DNA from: an uncultured Verrucomicrobiota bacterium
Lineage (GTDB): Bacteria > Verrucomicrobiota > Verrucomicrobiia > Limisphaerales > J093
Assembly: GCA_964601985.1 (NCBI GenBank)
Contig: CAZRPT010000126.1
Location: 1 to 59,171, forward strand
DNA length: 59,171 bases
Reading direction: 5' to 3'
Below the pieces are notes generated by a model, which saw nothing but the letters and a program-made list of their open reading frames with translations, was not told the DNA's origin and did no database searches. The translations under genes and the position numbers were made by a program. Positions 51,301-58,957 of this stretch are shown here, piece after piece. How positions within the stretch are numbered: the stretch's first letter is position 1; each line of letters begins with the position of its first letter.

Positions 51301-53975
51301 AGCTCCACCTGCTCGGCAGCGACGGGTTTGACCTGCCGGGCTGGCCGGTGATGATCAGCGGCTATCACCGGTTGCGTTCCCTGCCCCTCATCGCGGACGT
51401 GGACGGCGACGGTCAGCGGGACATCGTGACCACGGTGAACGGGATGTTGTCGCAATTTGCCGCCCACGGCGTGACCGACGCCCTGGGCGGGGTGCGGGCC
51501 TGGACGGCCGCGGGGGAACCCATCGCCTGGCCGGACAGCGCCCTGACGCAGGTGCTGCCGTTGGAGCAGACGGGCGGCTTTTCGCGCGGCAAATCCCCGG
51601 CCGCCACGCTGACCGACCTGGATGGCGACGGCCGGCTGGACATCGTGACGGCCTCCATTGACGACGCGGCCTATTCCGCCACTCAACCCGGTTCCTCGCG
51701 AAAAGGACGCTACAGCGTGTACGCGTGGGAACTGCCCACGCCCGTGGCGGCCTCGAATCTCGTCTGGGCGGCCTTCCAGCGTAACGCCGCCCACACCGGG
51801 CGCATCCCCGGCCCGGGCCAGACCAACCAGCCGCCGCAACTGCTGCCGTTGCCGGACCAGATCGTCCGCGTGGGCGCCCCCTTCTTCCCGCTGCCCCTGC
51901 GGCAGTACGTGAGCGATCCCGACGACGAGCTGACGCGGCTCGAATGGGAGGTCCAGGGCGCCACCGCCTTGCGGGTGGACATCGGTCCCGACTGGGTGGC
52001 CCGGGTGACGCCGCTCGCGCCGGATTGGGAAGGCAGCGAAACGCTGACCTTCATCGTGCGCGATCCGGCCGGAGCCGGGGCCCGCCAAGGCGTCACCTAC
52101 AGCGCCCGTCACGATTATCAACCACCGGTGGCGGAGCCCGACGACGTGACAACCGACGAGGACACCGTCGCGCTCGTGGACGTGCTGGCCAACGACCATC
52201 ACCCGCGCGATCTCGCGTTGACCGTGGACTCCGTGAGCCGGCCGGATTTCGGCCGGGCGCGAATTCTGCCGGACGGGCGCGTGCGGTACACTCCGCGCGA
52301 CAATTTCTTCGGCGACGACCAGTTCACCTACCTTCTGCGCGACGCCGAGGGCGGGCTGGCGATGGGCGAAGTGCAGGTGCGCGTCACGCCGGTGCCGGAT
52401 CCGCCGCGGGTGCGGGACGATCATTTCATCACCCTCGAAGACACCCCGCTGGAACGCGACCTGCTGGCCAACGACGAAGATCCCGACGGCGACCCGCTCG
52501 CGGTGGCGCTGCTCGACCGGCCCGCGCACGGACGGCTCGTCCAACTGGACAACGGCCTGGTGCGATTCACGCCGGATCGCGACTGGTCGGGCGAGGACTT
52601 CTTTCGCTATCGCGTGAGCGACGGGACCGGTTTCACCGTCGAAGGCGCGGTGCAGATCATGGTCAAACCGGTCAACGACCTGCCCATCGCCGAGGACCAG
52701 TCCTACACCCTCAACCGCAACTCCCAGCAGGACGTCTTCTACCAGGCGCACGACCCCGACGGCGACCCGCTCACCTACACCGTGCTGGACACCCCCGAGC
52801 ACGGCGAGCTGTGGAAATTCCCCACCATCGCCACCTACTACCCCGAGAAGGGCTTCGTGGGCGAGGACCGCATGACCTACCAGGCCAGTGACGGCCACGG
52901 CGACAGCCGGGTGGCCACGGTGACCTTCCACGTCATTGACGCCAACAACGTCCCGAAAACCAAGGGCCAGACCCTCACCAACAAGGTGGGGCGCGCCCTG
53001 TCGCTCACCCTGGCCGGCAGCGACGCCGACGACGACCCGCTGACCTTCGAAATCACCCGCCCGCCGGAGCATGGCAGCTTGAGCGGCGAGGACGCCGGGC
53101 GGGTGTACCATCCCGACGCCGGTTACGTGGGCTGGGACGAGTTCTGGTTCCGCGCCCATGACGGCCGGGACGCCAGCGCGGAAAGCCGGGTGGCCATTTA
53201 CCAGACCGACCAAAACACCGCGCCGGTGGTCGAGGACCGCGAGCTGGACGTGCGGTTCAACACGCCCACCGAGATCGAACTGCCGGCCACCGACCCCGAG
53301 TCTGATCCGCTCACCTTCCGGATCACCGTCGCCCCCGAGCACGGCCGGCTCGAAGGCGACGGCCCGCGGCCGCTTTACACCCCCGACGCCGGTTACATGG
53401 GGCCGGACCGCTTCACCTTCGTGGCCAGCGACGGCGAACTCGAAAGCGGCGAAGCCACCGTGCACCTGGCCATCCAGCCCCGCAACAGCCGGCCGGTGGT
53501 CGAAGATCAGGAGCTGGATTTCCCCGCCGACGAAACCTCCCGCGTGCCGCTGGCGGTCCACGACCCGGACGGCGATCCGCTGCGGCTGGCGATTTTGAAG
53601 GGGCCGAAACGGGGCCTCCTGTTCGGCACGGGCACCAACTACGTCTATCGCCCCAACCCCGGCTTTCACGGCGCCGACAGCTTCACCTACAAGGCGTGGG
53701 ACGGCTACACCTACAGCCTCGTGGGCACCGTCTATTTCGTGGTGAAAGCGCCCCCGCCCCCCACGCCGCACATCGAGGCCATCGAGATCAGCGAAGCCGG
53801 ACGCATCCAACTGCGACTGCGCGTCCGCCCCGGCCGCCCCTTGTACGTGCAAAACTCCTCCGACCTCCGGGAGTGGAAAACCCTCAAGCAATTCACGCCG
53901 GACGCCGCGGAAGTCACCTTCACCGATCCCGACCCGCCCGCGGCGCGCCGCTACTACCGCGTGCTGGAATATTAG
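48366..53975 (+). CDS. Giant secreted multidomain protein: signal peptide, I9-like propeptide, subtilisin (S8) peptidase, FG-GAP/VCBS beta-propeller repeats, six cadherin/Ig-like repeats, C-terminal ...RYYRV module
   Basis: S8 catalytic triad: VAVIDSGID, HGTHVAGIIGA, GTSMAAPQVTG. At least seven D-x-D/N-x-DG-x FG-GAP loops (DLDGDGPREIL, VGDVDGDGSCEVF, ADVNQDGRLELI, VGDVNGDGEEDVVI, ADVNHDGRLEIAV, ADVDGDGQRDIV, LTDLDGDGRLDIV). Six ~95-aa repeats end in DPDGDPL-type motifs. ATG at 48366 or 48372. Confidence 0.9.
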   Translation: MRMFKGLSRRRAPRRAMAAAVAGLCLVGGSRAAASGGATNAPPAVAAAESPDPPPAPETVPGELLVRFRPGLSGISRAGVVRLAGVEGREAPPARRFARALQGRRDSVFTGLVRLRLADTNAVADAMARLRNRPEVAWVEPNYVVRLTGEAPAETRPDDFEFPRQWALENTGQQEGTPGADLQAPAAWALVRDAGAVRVAVIDSGIDYFHPDLESNVWVNAGEIPGNGLDDDGNGYVDDVHGYDFVSGDGDPMDDQGHGTHVAGIIGARGDNDIGVTGLCWVSTLMAVKSFNEDGRASVADVVDGIEYAVANGARLINASWGLPEQSLALQEAIQEAADAGVLVVSAAGNSRNDDPFYPAALDDVLAVTATDNRDERAGFANFGSFVDLAAPGELILSTLPNARYEFLSGTSMAAPQVTGVAALVLARHPEFTRAELVDVLRNAVEEVRTDHFVGTGRLNAYQAVRVVRPLPTARLKPPEVLSGRIPLRGTAAGDDFAGYRLEYGEGSHPDEWVTFHESDTPVVDDALVTDFDTAVLKEGPYSVRLVVWDHAGQTAMDRARVTVRNVVLTAPRHNDWLRAGEIIELRGTVFGAGRTFTLEHGAGRLPRQWSADGITLADGGRHPIMDDVLGWWDTRALPANSFHSLRLVARKDGAVVGEWLTHLVYLDGRLRPGWPRHLASDAFYPTNDWREVVVADLDGDGPREILRVQTGGVTGAPAELKVFDGDGALRWSAPLGRGEPYSDIPAVGDVDGDGSCEVFAETGEEGRVCAFHADGTPVAGAWPVTLDATTTGKTLADVNQDGRLELICYAARPKPGGNLRRELAVFDATGRLLARWELDSCPREADAPRMFAAVGNFDRDRDLEIVAVSGCRQLALFDLTRPDEPVWTADLDTKLYTSPVVGDVNGDGEEDVVIAGYDPRAGREHGFAGGVFLVDRKGRIAEGWPVLVDEAFLSPPALADVNHDGRLEIAVASTQSRKLHLLGSDGFDLPGWPVMISGYHRLRSLPLIADVDGDGQRDIVTTVNGMLSQFAAHGVTDALGGVRAWTAAGEPIAWPDSALTQVLPLEQTGGFSRGKSPAATLTDLDGDGRLDIVTASIDDAAYSATQPGSSRKGRYSVYAWELPTPVAASNLVWAAFQRNAAHTGRIPGPGQTNQPPQLLPLPDQIVRVGAPFFPLPLRQYVSDPDDELTRLEWEVQGATALRVDIGPDWVARVTPLAPDWEGSETLTFIVRDPAGAGARQGVTYSARHDYQPPVAEPDDVTTDEDTVALVDVLANDHHPRDLALTVDSVSRPDFGRARILPDGRVRYTPRDNFFGDDQFTYLLRDAEGGLAMGEVQVRVTPVPDPPRVRDDHFITLEDTPLERDLLANDEDPDGDPLAVALLDRPAHGRLVQLDNGLVRFTPDRDWSGEDFFRYRVSDGTGFTVEGAVQIMVKPVNDLPIAEDQSYTLNRNSQQDVFYQAHDPDGDPLTYTVLDTPEHGELWKFPTIATYYPEKGFVGEDRMTYQASDGHGDSRVATVTFHVIDANNVPKTKGQTLTNKVGRALSLTLAGSDADDDPLTFEITRPPEHGSLSGEDAGRVYHPDAGYVGWDEFWFRAHDGRDASAESRVAIYQTDQNTAPVVEDRELDVRFNTPTEIELPATDPESDPLTFRITVAPEHGRLEGDGPRPLYTPDAGYMGPDRFTFVASDGELESGEATVHLAIQPRNSRPVVEDQELDFPADETSRVPLAVHDPDGDPLRLAILKGPKRGLLFGTGTNYVYRPNPGFHGADSFTYKAWDGYTYSLVGTVYFVVKAPPPPTPHIEAIEISEAGRIQLRLRVRPGRPLYVQNSSDLREWKTLKQFTPDAAEVTFTDPDPPAARRYYRVLEY

Positions 53976-54164
53976 CTCCCCATGGGCCAATGAAACGGGC
54001 TTGGAACCCTTGAAACCGCGTTGCTTTTCCTCGGGGTTGGGATTTGGGAAATCTTCGAAGGGGGGATGAGCCCCTCCGGTGGCTGTCCCGCGGCAAATCC
54101 GATAAATCCGCCATCGAACTCCTCCGGCTTCCCCTTGGCAGCGCCCTGCGGAATCCGGGCGGCG

Positions 54165-56669
54165 CTACCGGCGATCGAGCCGCAACCGGCAGAAAAAGCG
54201 GGGCGGCGTGTTGGAAAAACGATATTCGAGGCGGTCGATTCCGGCGCCGAAGGCGTCGGTTTCGGTGTGGACCGAGACGCCGTCGGCGCCGTCGAGCGCC
54301 GGAGTCCAGGTCTGCAAGTCCCGGCTGACTTCCACGGTGCAGTCGAATTCCGTGCCGGCCTCGCGGCGCTTGGCGAAGGAGAGAACCGCCCCGGAAGACT
54401 CTCTCCGGGCGACCGGTGCCAGGGGGCCGAGCGGCGCGAAGGCGTCCGGCGCGCCGTGGAAAAAGGCAAAGGCGTTCGCCACGCCGTCGGCGCCCGGGTC
54501 GGCGGCGGGTTCGGCGTCCGTTCCGCGCAATCCGGAGTTGCGGATCCATTTGTTCCACGGGCTGTCGTCCTCCGGGCCGTTGTCCGGGTAGTAGCGGGTG
54601 TTGTAGAGGCGGAAGTATCGGAGTTGCGGTGCCTTGCGGCGCGGCGTCCCGTCGGTGTCGAATGTTTCCGTGCGCATCGAGACGCGGAAGCGGCGGGCGG
54701 TCACGGGGCGGGCCAGGCGGTAGTCGAAGAGTCCCATCTTTTCGTTTTCGGCCCGGTAGAGGGATTTCCAGGCGGCGGACTGTTCGTCGTAGTATTCGAG
54801 TTCCCAGTTGCGGATGCGCCGGCCTTTTTCGCACAGGGCGAATTCGGAGACCGTCTCGGTGCGCCCGAGATCGACGGTGAAGCGCACCAGGGAGAACGGG
54901 CAGGTGCCCGAATCGAATTCGAACCAGTCCGGCGGCATCCAGTAGGGCAGGTTCTTTTCCCGGAACCAGTAGCGCCTGGCGTCTCCCTTGATGTCGAGCG
55001 ATGCGGCGAGGCTTTTTTCCGGTTTTCCGTGGATTGCGTTCCGATAGAGCGAATCGTAGGGGACGCCGGGTGCGTCGTGCCAGCCTTCGGCCGAGACTTC
55101 CGGGTGGGTCTCGACGCAGCAGAGCGATTCGGTGTAGCGGAACCGGGCGCTGTCGACCTGGTCGGCGGAGATGGCCAGCGTGTCGTAGCCGTCCCGGCAG
55201 CGGATTTCCACCACGCGGTCGGGCACCGAGCGGTCGGCGGCCAGGGCGTCGGGGATGCGCACGGTGAAGAGGCCGTCTTCGTTGCTCCAGTCCAGCGCCT
55301 CGCCGGTGTTCAGCAGGGTCACGGCCTGGATGCCGGCGGAGTCCGGCAGGGCCGGAAAATCGTAGCGCCCGTCCGGCGAGTTCTGGAGGATGTGGAGGAA
55401 GATCGAGTTTCCTTTCCGGGTGGCGCCGCCCCAGGTTCCCGGTTCGTAGGGTCCGCAGCGGGTTGAGTAGATGCTGCGGTGGAACTTGCGCAACCAGGCG
55501 CCGAGGTAGCGCAGCGCCGCGGCGTGGTGCGGCTCGAAGCCGCCGTCCGGGCGCGGGGCGACCCGGACCAGGAAATTGCCGTCGCGGCAGGCGGACATGG
55601 CGAGCAGTTTGACGAACTCCCGCCCGTCCCGGTCGTTTTCCGGATAGCCGAACGCCCAGCACGGCAGATCGCTTTCCTGCGGGAAATAGACCATCGCCAC
55701 CGTGTCGTCCGGGGCGGGTGCTTTGCGGAAGTTCGGCAGCGAGGTGCCGCCCATGTCGATCCAGGGCCGGAAGCCCGGCGCGTTCTTCATCTTGAATTTC
55801 GTTCCCATGATCAACCAGGGCTGGGCGGCGAGAAGGCCCGTTAGATAGTCCGAGTTTTCCTGGTCGAACTGGTCGCGGTATTCGCCCTCCCGGGAGGGAT
55901 GCTCGCCGTCCCCGCCGCAGGTGCCGACCAGCAGCGCCGCGGCGGCCTTGCCGTAGATGTCGGTTCGGGAGATGATGTGGTAGATGCTTTCCTTGCGGAA
56001 CTCCGGGTAGCCGAGGATGTGCGGGGCGTAGCGGCACTTGAACTTCGTCCAGGCCGCGAGAATGAAATCGATGCCTCCGTGCTGGCGCTGGTGCCAGATG
56101 ACGGGCAGGCGCCCTTGCGCGGCCTGGCCGAGTTCGGCGCAGATGTCGCGCCCCCAGTCGGTGGCCGCCGAATCGTAGGTGCTCGCCGGGGTGTCGAACG
56201 AGGACCACCCGTATTCGTCGATGATTTCATCGACGAGGAACTGCGCGCCGGACTCGACGAACAAATCGATCCACTCTTCGGCGTCGAAGAGCGTCGGGTT
56301 GAAATTTTCCCAGCGGTGGTATCCGGTCGGGTTGCCCTGGTCGTCGCGGATTTCCGTGGCCATGGCGCTTTTCTGGGCGGTTTTGATCTGCTCGCGCAGG
56401 TAGCCCGCCTCCGCCGCGGACTGGTCCCAGGCGACCCGCGGTGTCCAGTCCAGATAGATGCCGAAGCGCGCTCCCTGGAGCCAGTCCCGGGCGTTTTGCT
56501 CGTCGGTGTATTGCATCTCGGTCTCCAGCGGGATGCGCTGCGGAGGCGCCTCGGCCCGGGCGGCGTGGGAAAGAGCGGCGAGCAAAAGCAGGGCCGCCAG
56601 TCGGGCGGTCGCCCTCGGACCCGCCTTCGCACGGAACGGCGAAAATCGCGAGGTGTTGTGTTTTTCCAT
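54165..56669 (-). CDS. Secreted GH29-like (alpha-L-fucosidase-like) glycoside hydrolase with an F5/8 type C (discoidin) domain and a C-terminal ...RFFCRL module
   Basis: ATG at 56669 with a signal peptide (ARLAALLLLAALSHAARA). The N-terminal TIM-barrel-like region (GARFGIYLDW...FNPTLFDAEEWIDLFVESGAQFLV) is divergent from canonical GH29. The discoidin-like segment is RNWELEYYDEQSAAWKSLY...ARRFRVSM. Confidence 0.55.
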   Translation of the reverse strand: MEKHNTSRFSPFRAKAGPRATARLAALLLLAALSHAARAEAPPQRIPLETEMQYTDEQNARDWLQGARFGIYLDWTPRVAWDQSAAEAGYLREQIKTAQKSAMATEIRDDQGNPTGYHRWENFNPTLFDAEEWIDLFVESGAQFLVDEIIDEYGWSSFDTPASTYDSAATDWGRDICAELGQAAQGRLPVIWHQRQHGGIDFILAAWTKFKCRYAPHILGYPEFRKESIYHIISRTDIYGKAAAALLVGTCGGDGEHPSREGEYRDQFDQENSDYLTGLLAAQPWLIMGTKFKMKNAPGFRPWIDMGGTSLPNFRKAPAPDDTVAMVYFPQESDLPCWAFGYPENDRDGREFVKLLAMSACRDGNFLVRVAPRPDGGFEPHHAAALRYLGAWLRKFHRSIYSTRCGPYEPGTWGGATRKGNSIFLHILQNSPDGRYDFPALPDSAGIQAVTLLNTGEALDWSNEDGLFTVRIPDALAADRSVPDRVVEIRCRDGYDTLAISADQVDSARFRYTESLCCVETHPEVSAEGWHDAPGVPYDSLYRNAIHGKPEKSLAASLDIKGDARRYWFREKNLPYWMPPDWFEFDSGTCPFSLVRFTVDLGRTETVSEFALCEKGRRIRNWELEYYDEQSAAWKSLYRAENEKMGLFDYRLARPVTARRFRVSMRTETFDTDGTPRRKAPQLRYFRLYNTRYYPDNGPEDDSPWNKWIRNSGLRGTDAEPAADPGADGVANAFAFFHGAPDAFAPLGPLAPVARRESSGAVLSFAKRREAGTEFDCTVEVSRDLQTWTPALDGADGVSVHTETDAFGAGIDRLEYRFSNTPPRFFCRLRLDRR

Positions 56670-56686
56670 ATCTTCGGATTCGGGGT

Positions 56687-58069
56687 TCACGGGGCTTGGG
56701 AAGACATGGCGTCGCCGGGGATGACGGGCCGGAAGCCGATGTCGTCGCGGGAGGTTTCCGGGGCCAGGCCGAGGCGGGCGCAGGAGCGGCAGTCCCGCGC
56801 CGGCGAGCGCCAGGAACCGCCGCGCACCACCCGCAACCCGCCGTCGCCGCCGGTCAGGGGATCGACGGCATCGCCGGAGCCCAGGTCCTCGGCATAGACG
56901 TCCGCGCACCATTCCGCCACGTTGCCGCTGGGGTCTTTCACGCCCCAGTCGTTCTTGGCGTGGTTGCCGACCCGGTGGGGGGCGAAGAGGGTGAACTCGG
57001 GCGGGCCGTAGAGGAAGTTGGCAAACTCGGCGCTCAGGTCCACTGCGTTGGGCGGCGGGGTTTCATCCTCCTTGCCGTTTTGCCAGTTCGCGCTGTTGCC
57101 CGCGAACCATCCGATGATGCTCAATTTTTTGGAATTCGCGTCGCCCGCGATGTCGTCCGGACCCGAATAGAAGACCGTGGTCGTCCGGGCGCGGCACGCG
57201 TATTCCCACTGGGCCTCGGTCGGCAACCCCATGCCCAACCCCGGATAGCGGGTGTTGAGCGCCGCGGCGAAGGCCATCGCGTCGTTCCAACTCACCGAAT
57301 CCACCGGATAGAGAGCGGCCTCCTCGCCGTCGCGGACGAAGACCGACGGGTTCGATCCCATCACCGCCTCCCACTGGGCCTGGGTGCACTCGGTCGTCGC
57401 GATCCAGTAGCCTTTGGTCAGGATCACCTTGTGCCAAGTTTCGTTGGGTTGGTGGGAGGGCGCCTCGTCCTTGCTGCCCATCCACCAGGTGCCCGGCGAG
57501 ATCCAGATGAACTCCATCGCCACCACCGGATCGCCGGGCGCGGAAAGCAACAGCGAGGCCGTCGGCGCCCAGCGCCCGCGCACGATGAAATGGCTGCGCC
57601 GGATGTCCGCCGCCCAGGGCGCCCAGGCGATCGGCAACTCGGCGACGACATCCCCGGCCAGCGGTTCGCCGTCGGCGTTCGTGCAGCATCCGGCGGGCAC
57701 GGTCACCCGCACCGCGCCCGGCACGTTGTCGCAACGGAGCTGCAAATCGTAGAGCTTCGCGTTGCGCCGGCGCCACCCGAGCGCGGTCCCGTTCTCCACC
57801 AAGATGTCGTCTTTTTCCAACCCCACGATTTCCACGTCCGAGGAAATCACCGCCAGGGTCGTCTCCCGGTATTCCGGATCCGGCGTGGAGGGGATGATGT
57901 TGTCCCGGGGCGCGAAGCCGACTTCCAAGGTCCAGGCGTCCGCCGCGCCGCTTGCCGCAAGCATCGCGGCCAGCGCGGCGGCCAGCATGAGGAGCGGCGC
58001 GTGGAGCGGGACGGTGCGGGGCGCCGGAGCGCGCCGATGTCCGGGAATCGGGGAAAGCATAGGCTTCAT
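56687..58069 (-). CDS. Secreted FGE-sulfatase (SUMF1/formylglycine-generating enzyme-like, C-type lectin fold) domain protein with an N-terminal Ig-like region
   Basis: ATG at 58069 with a signal peptide. FGE-domain motifs: WMGS, PSHQPNETWHKVILTKGYWIATTECTQAQWEAVMG, PVDSVSWNDAMAF, LPTEAQWEYACRA, GNVAEW and RVVRGGSW. Confidence 0.8.
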   Translation of the reverse strand: MKPMLSPIPGHRRAPAPRTVPLHAPLLMLAAALAAMLAASGAADAWTLEVGFAPRDNIIPSTPDPEYRETTLAVISSDVEIVGLEKDDILVENGTALGWRRRNAKLYDLQLRCDNVPGAVRVTVPAGCCTNADGEPLAGDVVAELPIAWAPWAADIRRSHFIVRGRWAPTASLLLSAPGDPVVAMEFIWISPGTWWMGSKDEAPSHQPNETWHKVILTKGYWIATTECTQAQWEAVMGSNPSVFVRDGEEAALYPVDSVSWNDAMAFAAALNTRYPGLGMGLPTEAQWEYACRARTTTVFYSGPDDIAGDANSKKLSIIGWFAGNSANWQNGKEDETPPPNAVDLSAEFANFLYGPPEFTLFAPHRVGNHAKNDWGVKDPSGNVAEWCADVYAEDLGSGDAVDPLTGGDGGLRVVRGGSWRSPARDCRSCARLGLAPETSRDDIGFRPVIPGDAMSSQAP

Positions 58070-58198
58070 AGGATTGTCGGTCGGCAAGGCGAACCAATCC
58101 GAGCATTCCCGTCTGCGCAAGGCAAATCTTGTGTTTTGTCCGGCGCCTGCGGACCTCTTGGGTTTCCCGTGTGCTCGGCAGGCGCCGGAAAATGCGTT

Positions 58199-58516
58199 TC
58201 AGGCCGTCCTGCGGCTGCGGCGCAGGAACATTCCGGCCAGCCCGGCGAAGGCCAGCAGAGCCGCCGAAGGTTCGGGAACGACTTGCCCTTGTCCGGTGAA
58301 GGTTACTCCGAACTCGATGGTTCCGTCTGGGTTTTCGCCCCACCGAGCCGTTCCCGAATCGGCGTTGAACATGTAGACGCGGATCGAGCGGATGGGCTGG
58401 TTCCATTCGGCGACGATGCCGCTTACGCTGGCGTCCTCGTTTGTGCCGCCGTCGGTGCTGGAGTGGTAGAGTGTGTCGTCACAAGATTTTGCGCCAAAGA
58501 GCAAGGCATCGGGCAA
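58199..58516 (-). CDS. PEP-CTERM domain ORF lacking its own signal peptide (possibly the 3' part of a TGA-interrupted gene)
   Basis: The C-terminus VVPEPSAALLAFAGLAGMFLRRSRR is a canonical PEP-CTERM anchor. The ORF has only a TTG start and no N-terminal hydrophobic segment. The same frame is open upstream to a single TGA (58595..58597), before which lies METVSQSAWHTPWIFLLALVCFVVEWGLP (ATG at 58684). Confidence 0.5.
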   Translation of the reverse strand: MPDALLFGAKSCDDTLYHSSTDGGTNEDASVSGIVAEWNQPIRSIRVYMFNADSGTARWGENPDGTIEFGVTFTGQGQVVPEPSAALLAFAGLAGMFLRRSRRTA

Positions 58517-58957
58517 TGTCGGCTTCCGCAGCCTGCCAGGCTGCGCCGCGCCAGGGCGTTGGTTCGGCGGACCGGAAGCTGGCGGAGCGCGGGCTCATGG
58601 CAGGCCCCATTCGACCACGAAACAGACGAGAGCCAGGAGGAAAATCCACGGAGTGTGCCAGGCCGATTGGGAAACGGTTTCCATGACCGGCGCTTCCTCG
58701 AAGGCGGTCTGGCTCACGCGCGCCCGGCTCAGCGCGGCGTCCCGGATGGCGCCCGGCCGGCCCCGGAGCACCGGACCCACCGGCGGTCCTTCCAGCAGGT
58801 CGTCAAGGTCTTCCGCGAGATCCGTGGCGACGCCATCGAATCGCCCACCGATTTGCTCGGCTCCCTGATCGCGTGACGGGGATTGTCCGTGGTTTCCGCG
58901 CCCCCCGGCGATTTCGGCCGGGAACCAAAATCCCCTCCCTTGCCGCAGGGGACGCCT

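Noticed and set aside
48045-53990. Upstream 1980 codons of the 2165-aa minus-strand ORF that ends in maf
   Set aside because: Only the last ~183 codons are Maf-like. The rest is in-phase antisense to the giant S8/FG-GAP gene, which has clear domain content. The antisense translation is low-complexity and Arg/Gly/His/Pro-rich. It is a shadow ORF caused by codon bias.
56687-57000. The C-terminus of the FGE/C-lectin-fold protein as a diversity-generating retroelement variable region
   Set aside because: DGR targets often use this fold. However, the window contains no reverse transcriptase, no accessory Avd-like gene and no template repeat matching the 3' end of the gene.
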